Origin: Octopus vulgaris
Lineage: Eukaryota
Direction of reading: 5' to 3'
NCBI GenBank assembly: GCA_951406725.2
Contig: OX597832.1
Span: 12,152,001-12,216,000 of the forward strand
DNA length: 64,000 nt
Below, piece after piece: positions 15,842 to 29,133 of the stretch; positions within the stretch are counted from its first letter, which is position 1; every line of letters starts with the position of its first letter. The notes beneath the pieces were generated by a model that worked only from the letters and a program-made list of their open reading frames with translations, did not search any database and was not told where the DNA came from. Made by a program: the position numbers and the translations under genes.

Positions 15842-15886
<45 letters not shown>

Positions 15887-16675
15887 GTGTGTGTATGTAT
15901 ATGAGTGTTTGGAGTGTGCGTATATGTTCGTCTAAGAATTAAATTTGACCTTAAGAAGAACACTGTTGTTCATATGTTCAAATGAATATTAATAAGGTTG
16001 CTAGATATTAACATAAATTTTCCCGTTAATGAGCTATTTAACTATAAATAATAAATTATGTTTGTTTTTACGTTGAAGTCATGTTCAATACACTGCAGTT
16101 TCAGAATGCTTTGCTTGTTACTCTTGATATTTGTGATTCTGTGGTTAAATATTTGTGATTTCTATACATTTCTTTGTGATGAACTTTTATCGGTGTTTTA
16201 TTGACGCTATCATATGTATTCTTGATTTTTTTCTTTTCCTCTTTGAATAAGAAAGGAACCTCCATTTTATTCCTAACAGCCTGCTTACCAAATTCAACTG
16301 ATGTATGCCAATTTACTGAATTCGAGGAAGTGTGTATGTATGCATGTGAGCGCACGTATGAGTGTGTCTGCGTATACATATCTATATATATGTATATCCA
16401 CACATATACATATATCTGCTTATGTATGTGTATATGTATATGTATGTAACGTATGTATATATCTATCCATCTACACAGTATAGAAACTACTGCTTGTAAA
16501 GTACTAAATAGTAGTTTACAAACAGCCCAAGCGTTTTAAATGTATTGCTTTACAAATTATATTTTAGAATTCTCGCCGATGGTTAAAGGGTTAGTTTTAA
16601 CAATTATTGAAACTACAGGATTTGGAGTTAACTCAGGTGTGGCAGTGAAGAAAAACGGAAGCTATGTATATATAT

Positions 16676-16948
16676 CCCCGTGAACACAGGCTATCAGATG
16701 TTGCAAAACATCGCTGGCCACAATGCGCTTCACATTGTTTTAGCCCTCAAATTACGCCACCCTGCTGGCTAAGTGAGCAGGCCAACAGAAGAAAGAGTGA
16801 GAGAAAGTTGTGGCGAAAGAGCACAACAGGAATCACCACCACCCTCTGCTTGGAGCTTTAGGTGTTTTTGCTCAATAAACACTTACAACGCCCGGTCTGG
16901 GAATCGAAACCGCCATCCTACCACCGCGAGTCCACTGCCCTAACCACT
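16676..16948 (-). mobile_element. tRNA-derived SINE, body A + tail 3 (slightly 5'-truncated)
   Basis: Head and body match 26074 (agtggttagggcagtggactcgcgg...gtttcgattcccagacc...ctttcgccacaactttctctcactctttctt); the tail is unique in this window; TA tracts on both sides. Confidence 0.92.
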
Positions 16949-17380
16949 ATATATATATATATATACACATACATGAAAGCATTACGTAAACGATGAATTA
17001 CAGCTTTTTTCACCATTAAAGTTCTTAAACTTAAAAGTACAATAATAGTAAAATAATTTATTGAAGATTATTAAGGATCATGTGTGTTATATAAAGAACG
17101 CAATATAATATAATTATTTTAGGAATAACACATCATGAAAAATTACTATTAACAAAGAGCAGTATAATTAACCCATTGATTGATGTTTATATTAATCATA
17201 ATATATAGTTTAGTATCTACATAAAATGTGAAACATGTCGAACATTGGCTATGTATACCACCAAAAACCTATTCACCATTTTATGGTTGTTTAGTAACTG
17301 AAGTAAATATCATACTATATAAGTATAGAGAGAGTTATCGATAGATAGAAACGTAAATATATATATATATTGAGGATTTC

Positions 17381-17422
<42 letters not shown>
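17381..17422. repeat. (AAT)n microsatellite
   Basis: About 14 units, directly abutting the R4-like fragment. Confidence 0.97.
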
Positions 17423-17424
<2 letters not shown>

Positions 17425-17972
17425 CTACATTGGAAACTGTGCTCAAAGTTGGGGCTAAAGAGAGGTAAGACGTGGTTCCAGCACAAACCGAAGAGTCGGA
17501 GACTAGCAAAACCCTCTGGGATTTCCCAGTCCAAACTGATCAGGTGCTAGAGTATAACAGACCGGACCCAGTGGTGATGGACTAGATGCACCACATATGC
17601 TATTTAGTTGATGTTGTGTGCCATTTTGACCCACGGATATTCAAGAAGTAAGGCGAAAAGATAGATAATTAAAACCCCTTTAACTACGAAATAGCCTGGC
17701 TATGGAAAATGAAGAAAGTGTAGGGGTGCAAATTATTGTTGGACCCTTGGAAATAGTATCAGAAGTCATCCAGGGGGATATAAAGGAAATTGGAATAGTG
17801 TGCCCAGTAGAACTGTTACAACAGGTTTGCCTTCTTGGCCCGGCCAGAATAGTCAGCGAAGTATTAGATAGCAGAAAAGAATGGATAGCATGGTACCATA
17901 GGTTTCTGGTAGCAAGCCCTCTAGTCATGTAAGACTCCAGGACCTCCAACAAAACCTGTGATAAATAGAAAT
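17422..17972 (+). mobile_element. 5'-truncated, decayed R4/Dong-clade non-LTR retrotransposon (REL endonuclease region + 3' UTR)
   Basis: Manual translation across stops and a frameshift: YLHWKLC...TLWDFPVQTDQVLEYNRPDPVVMD...LVDV...EKID...IIVGPL...LLQQVCLLGPARIVSEVL, matching the WDFxxQTD-RPD-(D/E)xK and LLGTAR C-terminal motifs of this clade. Confidence 0.88.
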
Positions 17973-17984
17973 GATAATAATAAT

Positions 17985-19030
17985 TGACCAAAAATGATGT
18001 AAAGGGAAGTAACAGAAAACCTAGGACGTTGTTGACCATGTATATTGCCCACCATGCGAAAGGTGATATAAGCCGGCTGTACTTGAAGTGAGACCAGGGT
18101 GGAACATGTTTAATGGCAGTAGATCAATGAGTACAGGTCGAAAGAAAAGTCTAGTCGTGTATTTACAGAGCAGCACAGAAAATTTACTAAAGAAATTAAT
18201 AAAGAACAGATGATGAAATGCTTAATAGGGGAAAAGTAAAAGAATGAAATACAAAGAGGGCAAATCCAACAGATCGAAGAGTGACCTCTGCACTGATAAC
18301 TTTGGAGAGCCACTGAAGATGTATGAGGGACAAAATACTGGCTTGGTTATATAAAGAATCAGGGACCCTAACAGCAGCAGTCAAACCAAGCGATGAAAAC
18401 AAACCACTTCAGAAAAAATATATGTGGACTCAATATGTCGGAAAAATGTAGAGCCTGTACAACTTGGAATGTGACAGTCGCCATACATTGGGGCAGAATG
18501 CCCAAAGTTGGCAGAAGAAGAAATGGAGGCACGACCAGGTTGTAAAGGTTTTACACTCGAAAATTTGCCAGAAATGGAGATTTTAAGCTCGAAATACATG
18601 GTACAATCACCGAGTTGAAAGAGTACTGCAGTCGGAGAAATGTAAGATTTTGTGGGAACATCCTATTCAAATGGACAAGAAATTAGAAACTGATAGACCA
18701 TACAGAACAAGTATAGATATGGAAAAGCATAGTTGCTTCCTTATCGACCCATCATTCCCATTTGATTCTAGGATCGTAAAGGAAGAAGAAAAAGAAAAAA
18801 AGAAAAAAAGAATCTCATAAGATTTGAAATAGGAAGAATTTGGAGCATGGGAAGAGTAAAGGTTGTGCCTACAATAAGTGGTGCGTTGGGAACAGTCAGC
18901 AAAGATATAGACAAATAGCTCAGGGAGATTCGAATTGAATGCCCGGTAGAGCTCCTTCAAAAAGAAGGGTTCATAGTACAAGAAAGAGCTGAAAACTTGT
19001 GGCAACCTAACATTACAGGTGATAACCCGG
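17985..19030 (+). mobile_element. Second, longer decayed R4/Dong-clade element
   Basis: HHAKGDISRLYLK*DQGG (post-RT motif), CCHC knuckle remnant (KCRAC...HI...ECPKLA), [18 protein letters not shown] (REL), and ataagtggtgcgttgggaaca = ISGALGT. Confidence 0.85.
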
Positions 19031-19099
<69 letters not shown>

Positions 19100-19219
19100 G
19101 AATTTGTATATATATATATATATATATATATATACTCAAAAAATATGCTTATATATACATGCATACATATATACATATATATATATGTATGTATATATAT
19201 ATATATGTATGTGTATCTG

Positions 19220-19250
<31 letters not shown>

Positions 19251-19260
19251 CATATACACT

Positions 19261-19302
<42 letters not shown>

Positions 19303-19560
19303 CTCAAAAACTATGCTTATATATACATGCATACATATATACATATATACATATATATATATATATGTATGTATATATATATATATGTTTGTGTATCTGT
19401 ATATACATATATATATATATATATGTATATATCATATACACTTATACGTATGTACAAATACAATTAGAAATATAGAAGTATAGACATATGCATATAAACA
19501 CATGGATATATATATACATACATATATATATATATATATATACACATACATATGATCATA
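19031..19560. repeat. (TA)n-rich compound repeat with a duplicated ~170-bp unit
   Basis: ctcaaaaa(a/c)tatgcttatatatacatgc...gtgtatctgta...catatacactta occurs twice (~19134 and ~19302). Confidence 0.9.
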
Positions 19561-20174
19561 TGTGTATATGTATTGTGTCTGCGTGTGCCTGCGTCTGTGT
19601 GTGTATGAGAGTGTGATTGATTCTCTGTGTGTGTGTGAATATATGTTTTATATCATTAGCTGTTCGTTTGCTTTCACTTTGCCTTCCAGCTAACAACTGC
19701 CAACTTAATTACCATTTGCATTTTGCATTTAGAGGCACAACAGTTACCAAGCAACAGCAATATCTTCACACTAATGACGTCAGCTTGTAAATTTATTCCT
19801 GTGACAATTAGTATGATTTTTCTCGATTCTTCTTGTACAACACCTTTGTCATTTACTCGGCTCTGTTGTTCTTTTCCATGCTTTTGCTTTTAAGATCTGT
19901 TTGCTTTCAATATTATTATTATATTTGATATATAATCTTGTATATATGTCGATATATGTATACGTGTGTATGTACGTATGTATATATATATATAGGTAAA
20001 TGTCTACAAGTTGTAAAGTTGTATGATAATAAATATATGGCAATGAAATAAAATAAATGAAACACAATGAAATTTAAAAAAAGAAGCAATCACCAATGAA
20101 CGTATATTTATATATATTTCTATTTTTGTACACCTATTTATCTCTATTCCTCACATTTCTTCTTCTGTATATAC

Positions 20175-20870
<696 letters not shown>

Positions 20871-21146
20871 ATAAATATTTGTGTGGGTGTTTGGGTGGGA
20901 TGCGTGGACGTATTTATGTTTCCTGTGCTTTAAAATTGTTTATTTGTGTTTCTTGTGAAGAACATGTACCAGTTATCACATTTTATTCACGTGTGTATAA
21001 TAAAATAACGAATGTTTCAAAATATATTTGAACCATTCCTCCTTGAGATTATTTATATAGACTTCTCACATGAACCAAGGAAGATATACAGATATTGTTG
21101 TGTTATTATTTCTAATTTGTATTCTTTTCCTTCTAATTTATGTGTT

Positions 21147-21198
<52 letters not shown>

Positions 21199-21627
21199 TA
21201 CGCACAGACATACAAACCTAGAGAATCTCACACACACATACACCAACACATACATGTATATACATAGACACACACAAACACACACACGTATATAATAATA
21301 TTTTATAAGCTTAAAGTTTATAAACCATCGATGTGTAATGACTGAATAGTCTAATATTGAGGCAAATAAGCCCTCGGCGGGAAAAAAGTATGTTTTTTTC
21401 CCGTATGCATGCGGCATGGGAAAAACCCTACTTTGTTCTGTCGAAGTCTTATATGGCCCAAAATTAGATTTATTGTTATTAGACAATATGAGACAATATT
21501 TGTAATTACACAGTGAGCGCTCATAAGCTTAAACTTATAAAATGTTACTCTTATTATTTACAGAATTGTAAAAAAACATCAGAAAAAAAATCTTCGTATA
21601 TAAGTCGTAATTTTATTTTTTATAAAC

Positions 21628-21796
21628 GGCGTAGGAGTGGCTGTGTGGTAAGTAGCTTGCTTACCAATCACATTGTTCCGGGTTCAGTCACACTGTGTGG
21701 CACCTTGGCCAAGTGACTTTTACTATAGCCTCGGGCCGACCAAAGCCTTGTGAGTGGATTTGATAGACAGAAACTGAAAGAAGCCCGTCTTTTATG

Positions 21797-21829
<33 letters not shown>

Positions 21830-22043
21830 TTGTGTATGTTTATGTGTCTCTGTATGCCACCCCAACATCACTTGACAACCGACGCTGGTGTGTTTACGTC
21901 CCCGTAACTTAGCGGTTCGGCACAAGAGACGGATAGAATAAGTACTAGGCTTACAAAGAATATGTACTGGGGTCGATTTGCTCGACTAAAAGGTGGTGCT
22001 CCAGCATGGCCACAAGCAAAATAACTGAAACAAGTAAAAAAAA
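21628..22043 (+). mobile_element. SINE group D, full length, with internal (TA)/(TG) tract
   Basis: A-box-like tggctgtgtgg, B-box-like ggttcagtc; colinear with 61007-61501; ends ...actgaaacaagtaaaa. Confidence 0.9.
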
Positions 22044-22828
22044 GGGCTATAATTTTGATATATACCATTAAATAAAAATATATTTCATTTAAAATTTTAA
22101 TGAAATGGTGTTTCCTGCCCATTCGCTTCTTATCTCTAACAGTTCAACAATTGTGATGGCTGCCAAACATATGCCACTATTAATTTTATGTCCTCTTTCA
22201 ATCTGCGCAATCTTTTCATCTTCTTTCTTAATGAACACTAGTTATTCAGATTCTCTCAATGTCGACAAAATAATTACCTTTTGTATATTGGAACTGATTT
22301 ATTCCCCTGACATTGCCAAAATTTGAAACTATTATACTCTCAAATAGAGGGTCATGCATGACGAATATTTAATTGTCGGTTTATGACTAATTATATTACA
22401 TATGACCCTAGTCATCTTCAACCTGGAAAATATTTGTATTATTTGGTTCTTACATTATGTTTTCGTTTCCTACCGGGAATAGATTTGTTTTCCTTACCTC
22501 GAGGGTCGAAAAATAAAGTGCTAGTGAAGTACTCATAGTGATGCTATCGACAACCCCACCAACTCCCGAGACTGCCTGCGTAGTGTTTAAATCCATAGTA
22601 ATTATTATAAGGCAACATGCAAGCAGAATAATTTCAGCATCACTTAGACACCCTGTGGTATTTTTCTAGATTCAAATACTTTTCTGGTCGTAGTTACTTT
22701 TCATGGGTTTGGGATCATTAAAATAAAATTCAAATTAAGTATCGGAGCGGATGATACAACTCCATTTGTCTTTGCTCTGCTGTGCATTTCCACGCTTATT
22801 TTGCTTTTGATATTAAGATATATTTTCA

Positions 22829-23042
22829 AAGTGGCGAACTAGTAGAATACTTAGCACGTCGGGCAAAATATTGAGCGGCATTTCTTCCGTCTTTGCGTTC
22901 TGAGTTCAAATTCTGTCAAGGACTCCTTTACATTTCATCCTTCCGGGGGTCGATAAATTAAGTACCAGTTGAGCACTGGAGTTAGTGTAATCGACATACC
23001 TACTCACCTGAACTTCATCCCCTTGAGCTAAAATTTGAAACC
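22829..23042 (+). mobile_element. SINE group C, older variant with a different 3' tail
   Basis: Core tttcatccttccgggggtcgataaattaagtaccagt; 13-bp target-site duplication gatattaagatat at 22809-22821 and 23043-23055. Confidence 0.85.
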
Positions 23043-23433
23043 GATATTAAGATATTCTTATCTTCAATAGCATTGTATTTGAGGTATAATTTTATTTATA
23101 TATCCTGTCAAACTGTACAAGAATAAATATATGACGATAAGATAGGATACACGAAACAATATGAAAGGAAATGCTATCAACAATGAACATATTTGGATTG
23201 CTAGACGTGTGCCTAGATTGGAAAGAATGATTCAGGCCACAATTTCCCAGCGGTATTGCTTAAGATTTCTTACATTCTAAGAGAATATTTCGCCGAGGAA
23301 AACTATACCTAAAGATATCGATACATTTGAATACACGAACCGATATTATCGACTTATTCACTCCTCCCAAACTTAATATTACTCGGGCAGCTGTTGTTGT
23401 TGTCGTCAGTGTCATAATCTGAGTCTTAATTTT

Positions 23434-23434
<1 letters not shown>

Positions 23435-23475
<41 letters not shown>

Positions 23476-23486
23476 TATCATTATTA

Positions 23487-23533
<47 letters not shown>
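23435..23533. repeat. Head-to-head (AAT)n / (ATT)n microsatellite
   Basis: (AAT)n switches to its reverse complement at ~23475. Confidence 0.95.
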
Positions 23534-23536
<3 letters not shown>

Positions 23537-23640
23537 ATCTTTCGATCGTTTACATTTCTTGCCGAGTGTCTTCCTGACACCTAGAGCAGAGAAACATACT
23601 GCATACATTGGTAGGCCATGAACATAAACACACCAGATTG
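23534..23640 (-). mobile_element. Probable 3' end of a further R4-like element
   Basis: Minus strand ...ctctaggtgtcaggaagacactcggcaag...gatgt(taa)n resembles the layout of the other R4-like 3' UTRs and ends in (TAA)n; no coding motif retained. Confidence 0.35.
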
Positions 23641-24599
23641 TTCATTTAGAAAGTCATATGATAGAGAAAATAGGAAAGAAAGAGAAAAAAGGGGAAAACT
23701 AAAAACTAATAAAGTTACAAAATAAAATAAAAGTTGCAGTTGATTCCAACACAGTTATTCCTATCGATTTACGTTCTCTCTCTGTGTAGGCGTTACATGC
23801 AAACAATCACAGTCCACAGAAGTCTATTTTTCTTGCCACCAGGTCTAATACAAAAAATAGTACTTCCTTAACAGTAACCAGTCTTATAGAATGAGTAGCA
23901 TTTTACCATATGTGCAACTAGGTTCATTATATATTGAAATACATTTAACTGCGTGTGCTATCTTTCGAAAGAAACGGGGAAAAATATAAAGTTTTAGAAG
24001 TAGCTTTTATATCTTCAAGAAATAGTCTTGCTAACAATGTGTTACTAAATGTATGACGGCAGCACCTAACCCTCACATAACTCACACATTCATTCAATTT
24101 CCTTTTTGTTAGTTTGTTTTCTTACAGCAATCTTATTCGATAAAACGATAAAAGAAAGAATATAAATATAACATAAACAGCTAAAGCCACATGATAATAA
24201 ACGAGACGATATAAATACATAATAGAGTTCTGTAGTTGTTGAATTCTCTCAGGTAAAAAATCTCATTGAAAATTATAGTTTCTAATTAGATACAGATATA
24301 CAGGTAAAATGTTTACAACTAAGAACTATGCCACACTTAATAGTACTCTAACTAATTGGATGCGGCTTGTACATCTCTAAACTAGATCTTATTAAAATTT
24401 CGCCCGTCGGAATAAGAGGAACAAACAACAAACATAATTATACAATCTTAGGTGAAGCTATTCATGCTTCTGAGAAATGCACTTGCCTAAAATCTTAAAA
24501 TTTATCATCAAAGTTTTGAGAAGAACCTAAACAACAGAGGAAACTAAATTTCACAGACAAAGCTTTATAGTAACCACAGGGTGAATTATATGTCTTCTA

Positions 24600-25310
<711 letters not shown>

Positions 25311-26073
25311 TAAGGGCACAGATTTACACAGACATGCACATACACAAACTTTCTTAAGTATGTTCCCTGATATAGAAGGAAAACTCCTCAGATATAAAAA
25401 CAAGCATAGACGTATGGAATATTTTTATATACGACATGAATTTTATTTTTGAAACGAGGCAATATGCATACACACGCACGCACATATATGTCTATAGTGC
25501 ATTACCTTAAAAAGAAAGAAAATTCCTTATAGTATATCCTGGTCTATAAACTGATTCCGGCCTCCCACACCAGGGTCAGCATGGTACCTGTTGGTTATGC
25601 CTAAAAGAATCTATGCACCCATCGTTACGTATCCCTACACTCTTACTTAATAACAAACACGAAGTATTCTCCACTTGTATGCAGGGTTTTTAAGTTCTTC
25701 AAATTTTTCCACAGATCTAAGTATAGAAATACTAACACTTCTGATTGTCACTATTAGACTTATTACCTATCCAGCACTTCCAAACACATAACCCATTGAC
25801 CGTTATTAAATATACGGTACTAAACCTTCTCTGCCTATCTATATAGACACTTTGGGGCCATAGTTCTTCCGCAGATTTCACTAACATTATATCTTCATTA
25901 GCGCTAGGGGTACTCATTTCTTATTTTCAATCTTAATCTAAATTGTAATTTAAGTGTTAATTTTATTTCTAATTTTAATTTGATTATTTTTACTGCTTTA
26001 TTTATTTATTTTTCATTAAATAATTTATTTTTATTTTTATATTTTTATTTTCATAACATTATGTGTTAACCTT

Positions 26074-26455
26074 GGAAGCGCAATGGCCCAGTGGTTAGGG
26101 CAGCGGACTCGCGGTCGTAGGATTGTGGTTTCGATTCCCAGACCAGGCGTTGTGAGTGTTTATTGAGCGAAAACACCTAAAGCTCCACGAGACTCCGGCA
26201 GGGGATGGTGGTGATCCCTGCTGTACTCTTTCGCCACAACTTTCTCTCACTCTTTCTTCCTGTTTCTGTTGTACCTGTATTTCAAAGGGCCGGCCTTGTC
26301 ACTCTCTGTGTCACGCTGAATATCCCCGAGAACTACGTTAAGGGTACACGAGTCTGTGGAGTGCTCAGCCACTTACACGTTAATTTCACGAGCAGGCTGT
26401 TCCATTGGTCGGATCAACCGGAACCCTCATCGTCGTAACCGACGGAGTGCTTCCA
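26074..26455 (+). mobile_element. tRNA-derived SINE, body A + tail 1 (full length)
   Basis: A box tggcccagtgg, B box gtttcgattccc; body shared with 16676 and 39501; tail shared with 6066 and 33620. Confidence 0.93.
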
Positions 26456-27254
26456 TCTATTTGCTAGCTGTCATCTATTTGTAGTGTATTTTAGTGGCTA
26501 GTCAACCCTAGTTCTTTCGTCTAGTAAAATTTGACCACCCACTATCTTTATTACGTCCACTTTATTACCTACTCCTCCTCTCATTGATACCCAGCCCTGT
26601 AGGTCTGACGTCTGCCTTGTTTTATTTATCCCGTATCTGTCCGTTTTAACATTTGCCCTCCCACCTAATTTCTCGCGCTAGAGATTTCCTTCAATAGTTT
26701 CTGCAATCACTTCCTCTAATTTCCTCTGTAATCACTCCCTCTAATACTGATTACTATATATCTATTATAATGCCCTTATCCATTTATCTACTTATCTTTT
26801 TCACACCAGATTTTATCATTTATCATTCCTCTTAATTTCTCTGGATTGAATACCCCTTACGATACTGAGTAGTATATATTTATTATAAATCGAATACCTA
26901 TCTATCTTTCTCTCACCACAATGTATTATTTATTCCTTCTCGGTATTTGTAGAAGTTTAGAACTGCTAGTATTCATTTTACCTCACCACCCTTTTCTGAC
27001 GATGATCACCTTTTTCATCATGGATTTATCTAAAGAATACTCGAACTAACAGGATATAATTGGAGCCCCACCCTCTTGGACATAATGACTCAGAACAAAT
27101 ACTATTTATGAGAATCTTTCATGCACTGATTAATCTACATCTCTCTGAAACAGAGACTTTTTTTTACCATCCGTTATGTAGCGAAATTAGATTAAATTAA
27201 CTTAAAATATTGCCTAATTGTTTGTCTTAGCTCACAACTTTAACCTATACTTAC

Positions 27255-27429
27255 TGATTGAACGGAAAGCCACTTTTAGCAGTTTTTAACAAGACATTCA
27301 CATAAGCACAAAACTGCTGATCAAACTGGATCTTTGGTGACGCTACTAAATCTAGTTTGTTTAATACACAAAATGAGCCCTCTTTAATTTTGCTCAGATT
27401 GCCTTCAATTTTGGTGCATCGATGCTGCT
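27255..27429 (-). other. Candidate minus-strand exon
   Basis: Acceptor aaaattcag (weak), donor CA|gtaagt, 175-nt open frame inside ORF 27251-27454; no recognised homology. Confidence 0.2.
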
Positions 27430-28724
27430 CTGAATTTTGATTACGATCAACCAATTACATTATCTCGTAAATTAAAGAGTCTGATGATATATGAAATTTG
27501 GGTAATTTTAGCCAATCAACAGACAACGAGGCGGTCCCTTAAAACGTGAAGGCTTCACTTTGTACTGTAGTGTGGTGTACAATATGTCACGTAAGAATAT
27601 GAACGATATGAAAATGCACGGATATCTCTACCGTACTACAATGGCCTCTGCCCCACTGAACAGGCTGGGTTCACAGCAATTTTCACTTAGGCATTCCTGT
27701 TCTGCTCGCCCCTCCTACACTTAATAGAGTTTTAGGGGCCCTGCCGTTAGGTCCCTACATTAACCACTACACGATCGCCTTTCTTACTAGAACGCCATAT
27801 GTCTCCGTAGTTCCATCTCTGCTCATGCCTTCCCTGATATTGATTTAAAATTTTTAGGGAGAGTTATTAGTAACATCAGATACATTGGCCGAGAAGGGCT
27901 TGAACTGAATAAGGGTATTGTCGATTCTTTCGGACCCTGCCAATAGCTCAAACCAGTCGTCGTTTGTTTCGAGAGAGAGATTGCATTCCCTAGTATTAGT
28001 CTTATCTTGTGGTTTGTTTTTATTTTGACTTATTTATAAACGACGCCTGTTTACTTCATTACAATTCTAGACTGTTGATTATTTGTTACAAATTCATCTC
28101 TTTGAAACACAACAAACAGAAGAAAATAAATTAATAGACAGGAATCACTGAAATTTATTGTAATCTCCCACGATATATTTCAATTGAATATTAACTTAAT
28201 GAAATTATTGATTATAATAATACAGCTATATATTGATTATGTGTTTGTTCACTTTTGAATTTCACTGCGAAATAAAATATAAGATATACATAAAATATAA
28301 TTAACAGATATTTTTCTTGTCTGTACATTAATCTTATTGAGAAAATTTTAACTTCATTTTGACATTGACTTCAACTTTGAAAATGTTACTATTTAAGCAA
28401 TTAAAGCTGGTGAGATAGCTAAATCAGAAAATGATCACATAAAAAATATCATTTGAAACATTTAATATTCTCCTCAACATCAAGTATGTACACTTAGTAC
28501 TGCTCCATCCAAAATGTTTAATAACATTTATTCTGTCCCGATACGCTTAGAGTTCATATCAATTCTGGGTAGACTTTGACCTTCAACAAAGAGATACGTG
28601 TAAAATAAATGCTCCATTTATGGTGTAGTCCTGTAGTCATTGTTAGATATATGACCCTCATAATAACTAATTGCTACTGCTACGAAAGTCAATGCTTTGT
28701 TTAACTATATCTAACAGGTTCCTT

Positions 28725-29133
28725 GGCGGCGAGCTGGCAGAAACTTTAGCACGCCGGGCGAAATGCGTAGCCGTATTTCGTCTGCCGTTACGTTATGAGT
28801 TCAAATACCACCGACTTTGTATTTCAAACTTTCAGGGTCGATAAATAAAGTACCAGTTATGCACTGGGGTCGATGTAATCGACTTAATCCGTTTGTCTGT
28901 CCTTGTTTGTCCCCTCTGTGTTTAGCCCCTTCTGAGTAGTAAATAAATATGTATTTCTTCTGCCGCTACCTTCTGAGTTCAAATTCCGCCGAGGTCGACT
29001 TTGCCTTTCATCCTTTCGGGGTCGATAACGAAAGTACCAGTTACTCACTGGGCTCGATGTAATCGACTTAATCTCTTTGTCTGTCCTTTTTTATCCCCAC
29101 TATTTAGCCCCTTGTGGGCAATAAATAAATATA
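28725..29133 (+). mobile_element. SINE group C dimer (full monomer + 5'-truncated monomer from 28951)
   Basis: Head ggcggcgagctggcagaa, B box gagttcaaa; 16-bp target-site duplication tatatctaacaggttc at 28706-28721 and 29134-29149. Confidence 0.93.

Noticed and set aside
25534-25612. Possible HDV-like ribozyme pseudoknot (atcctggt/accagggt, gattc/gaatc)
   Set aside because: P3, P1.1 and the catalytic J4/2 segment could not be placed.
27481-27500. CTGATGA-tatat-GAAA
   Set aside because: No room for stem II and no stem I or III pairing; expected by chance.
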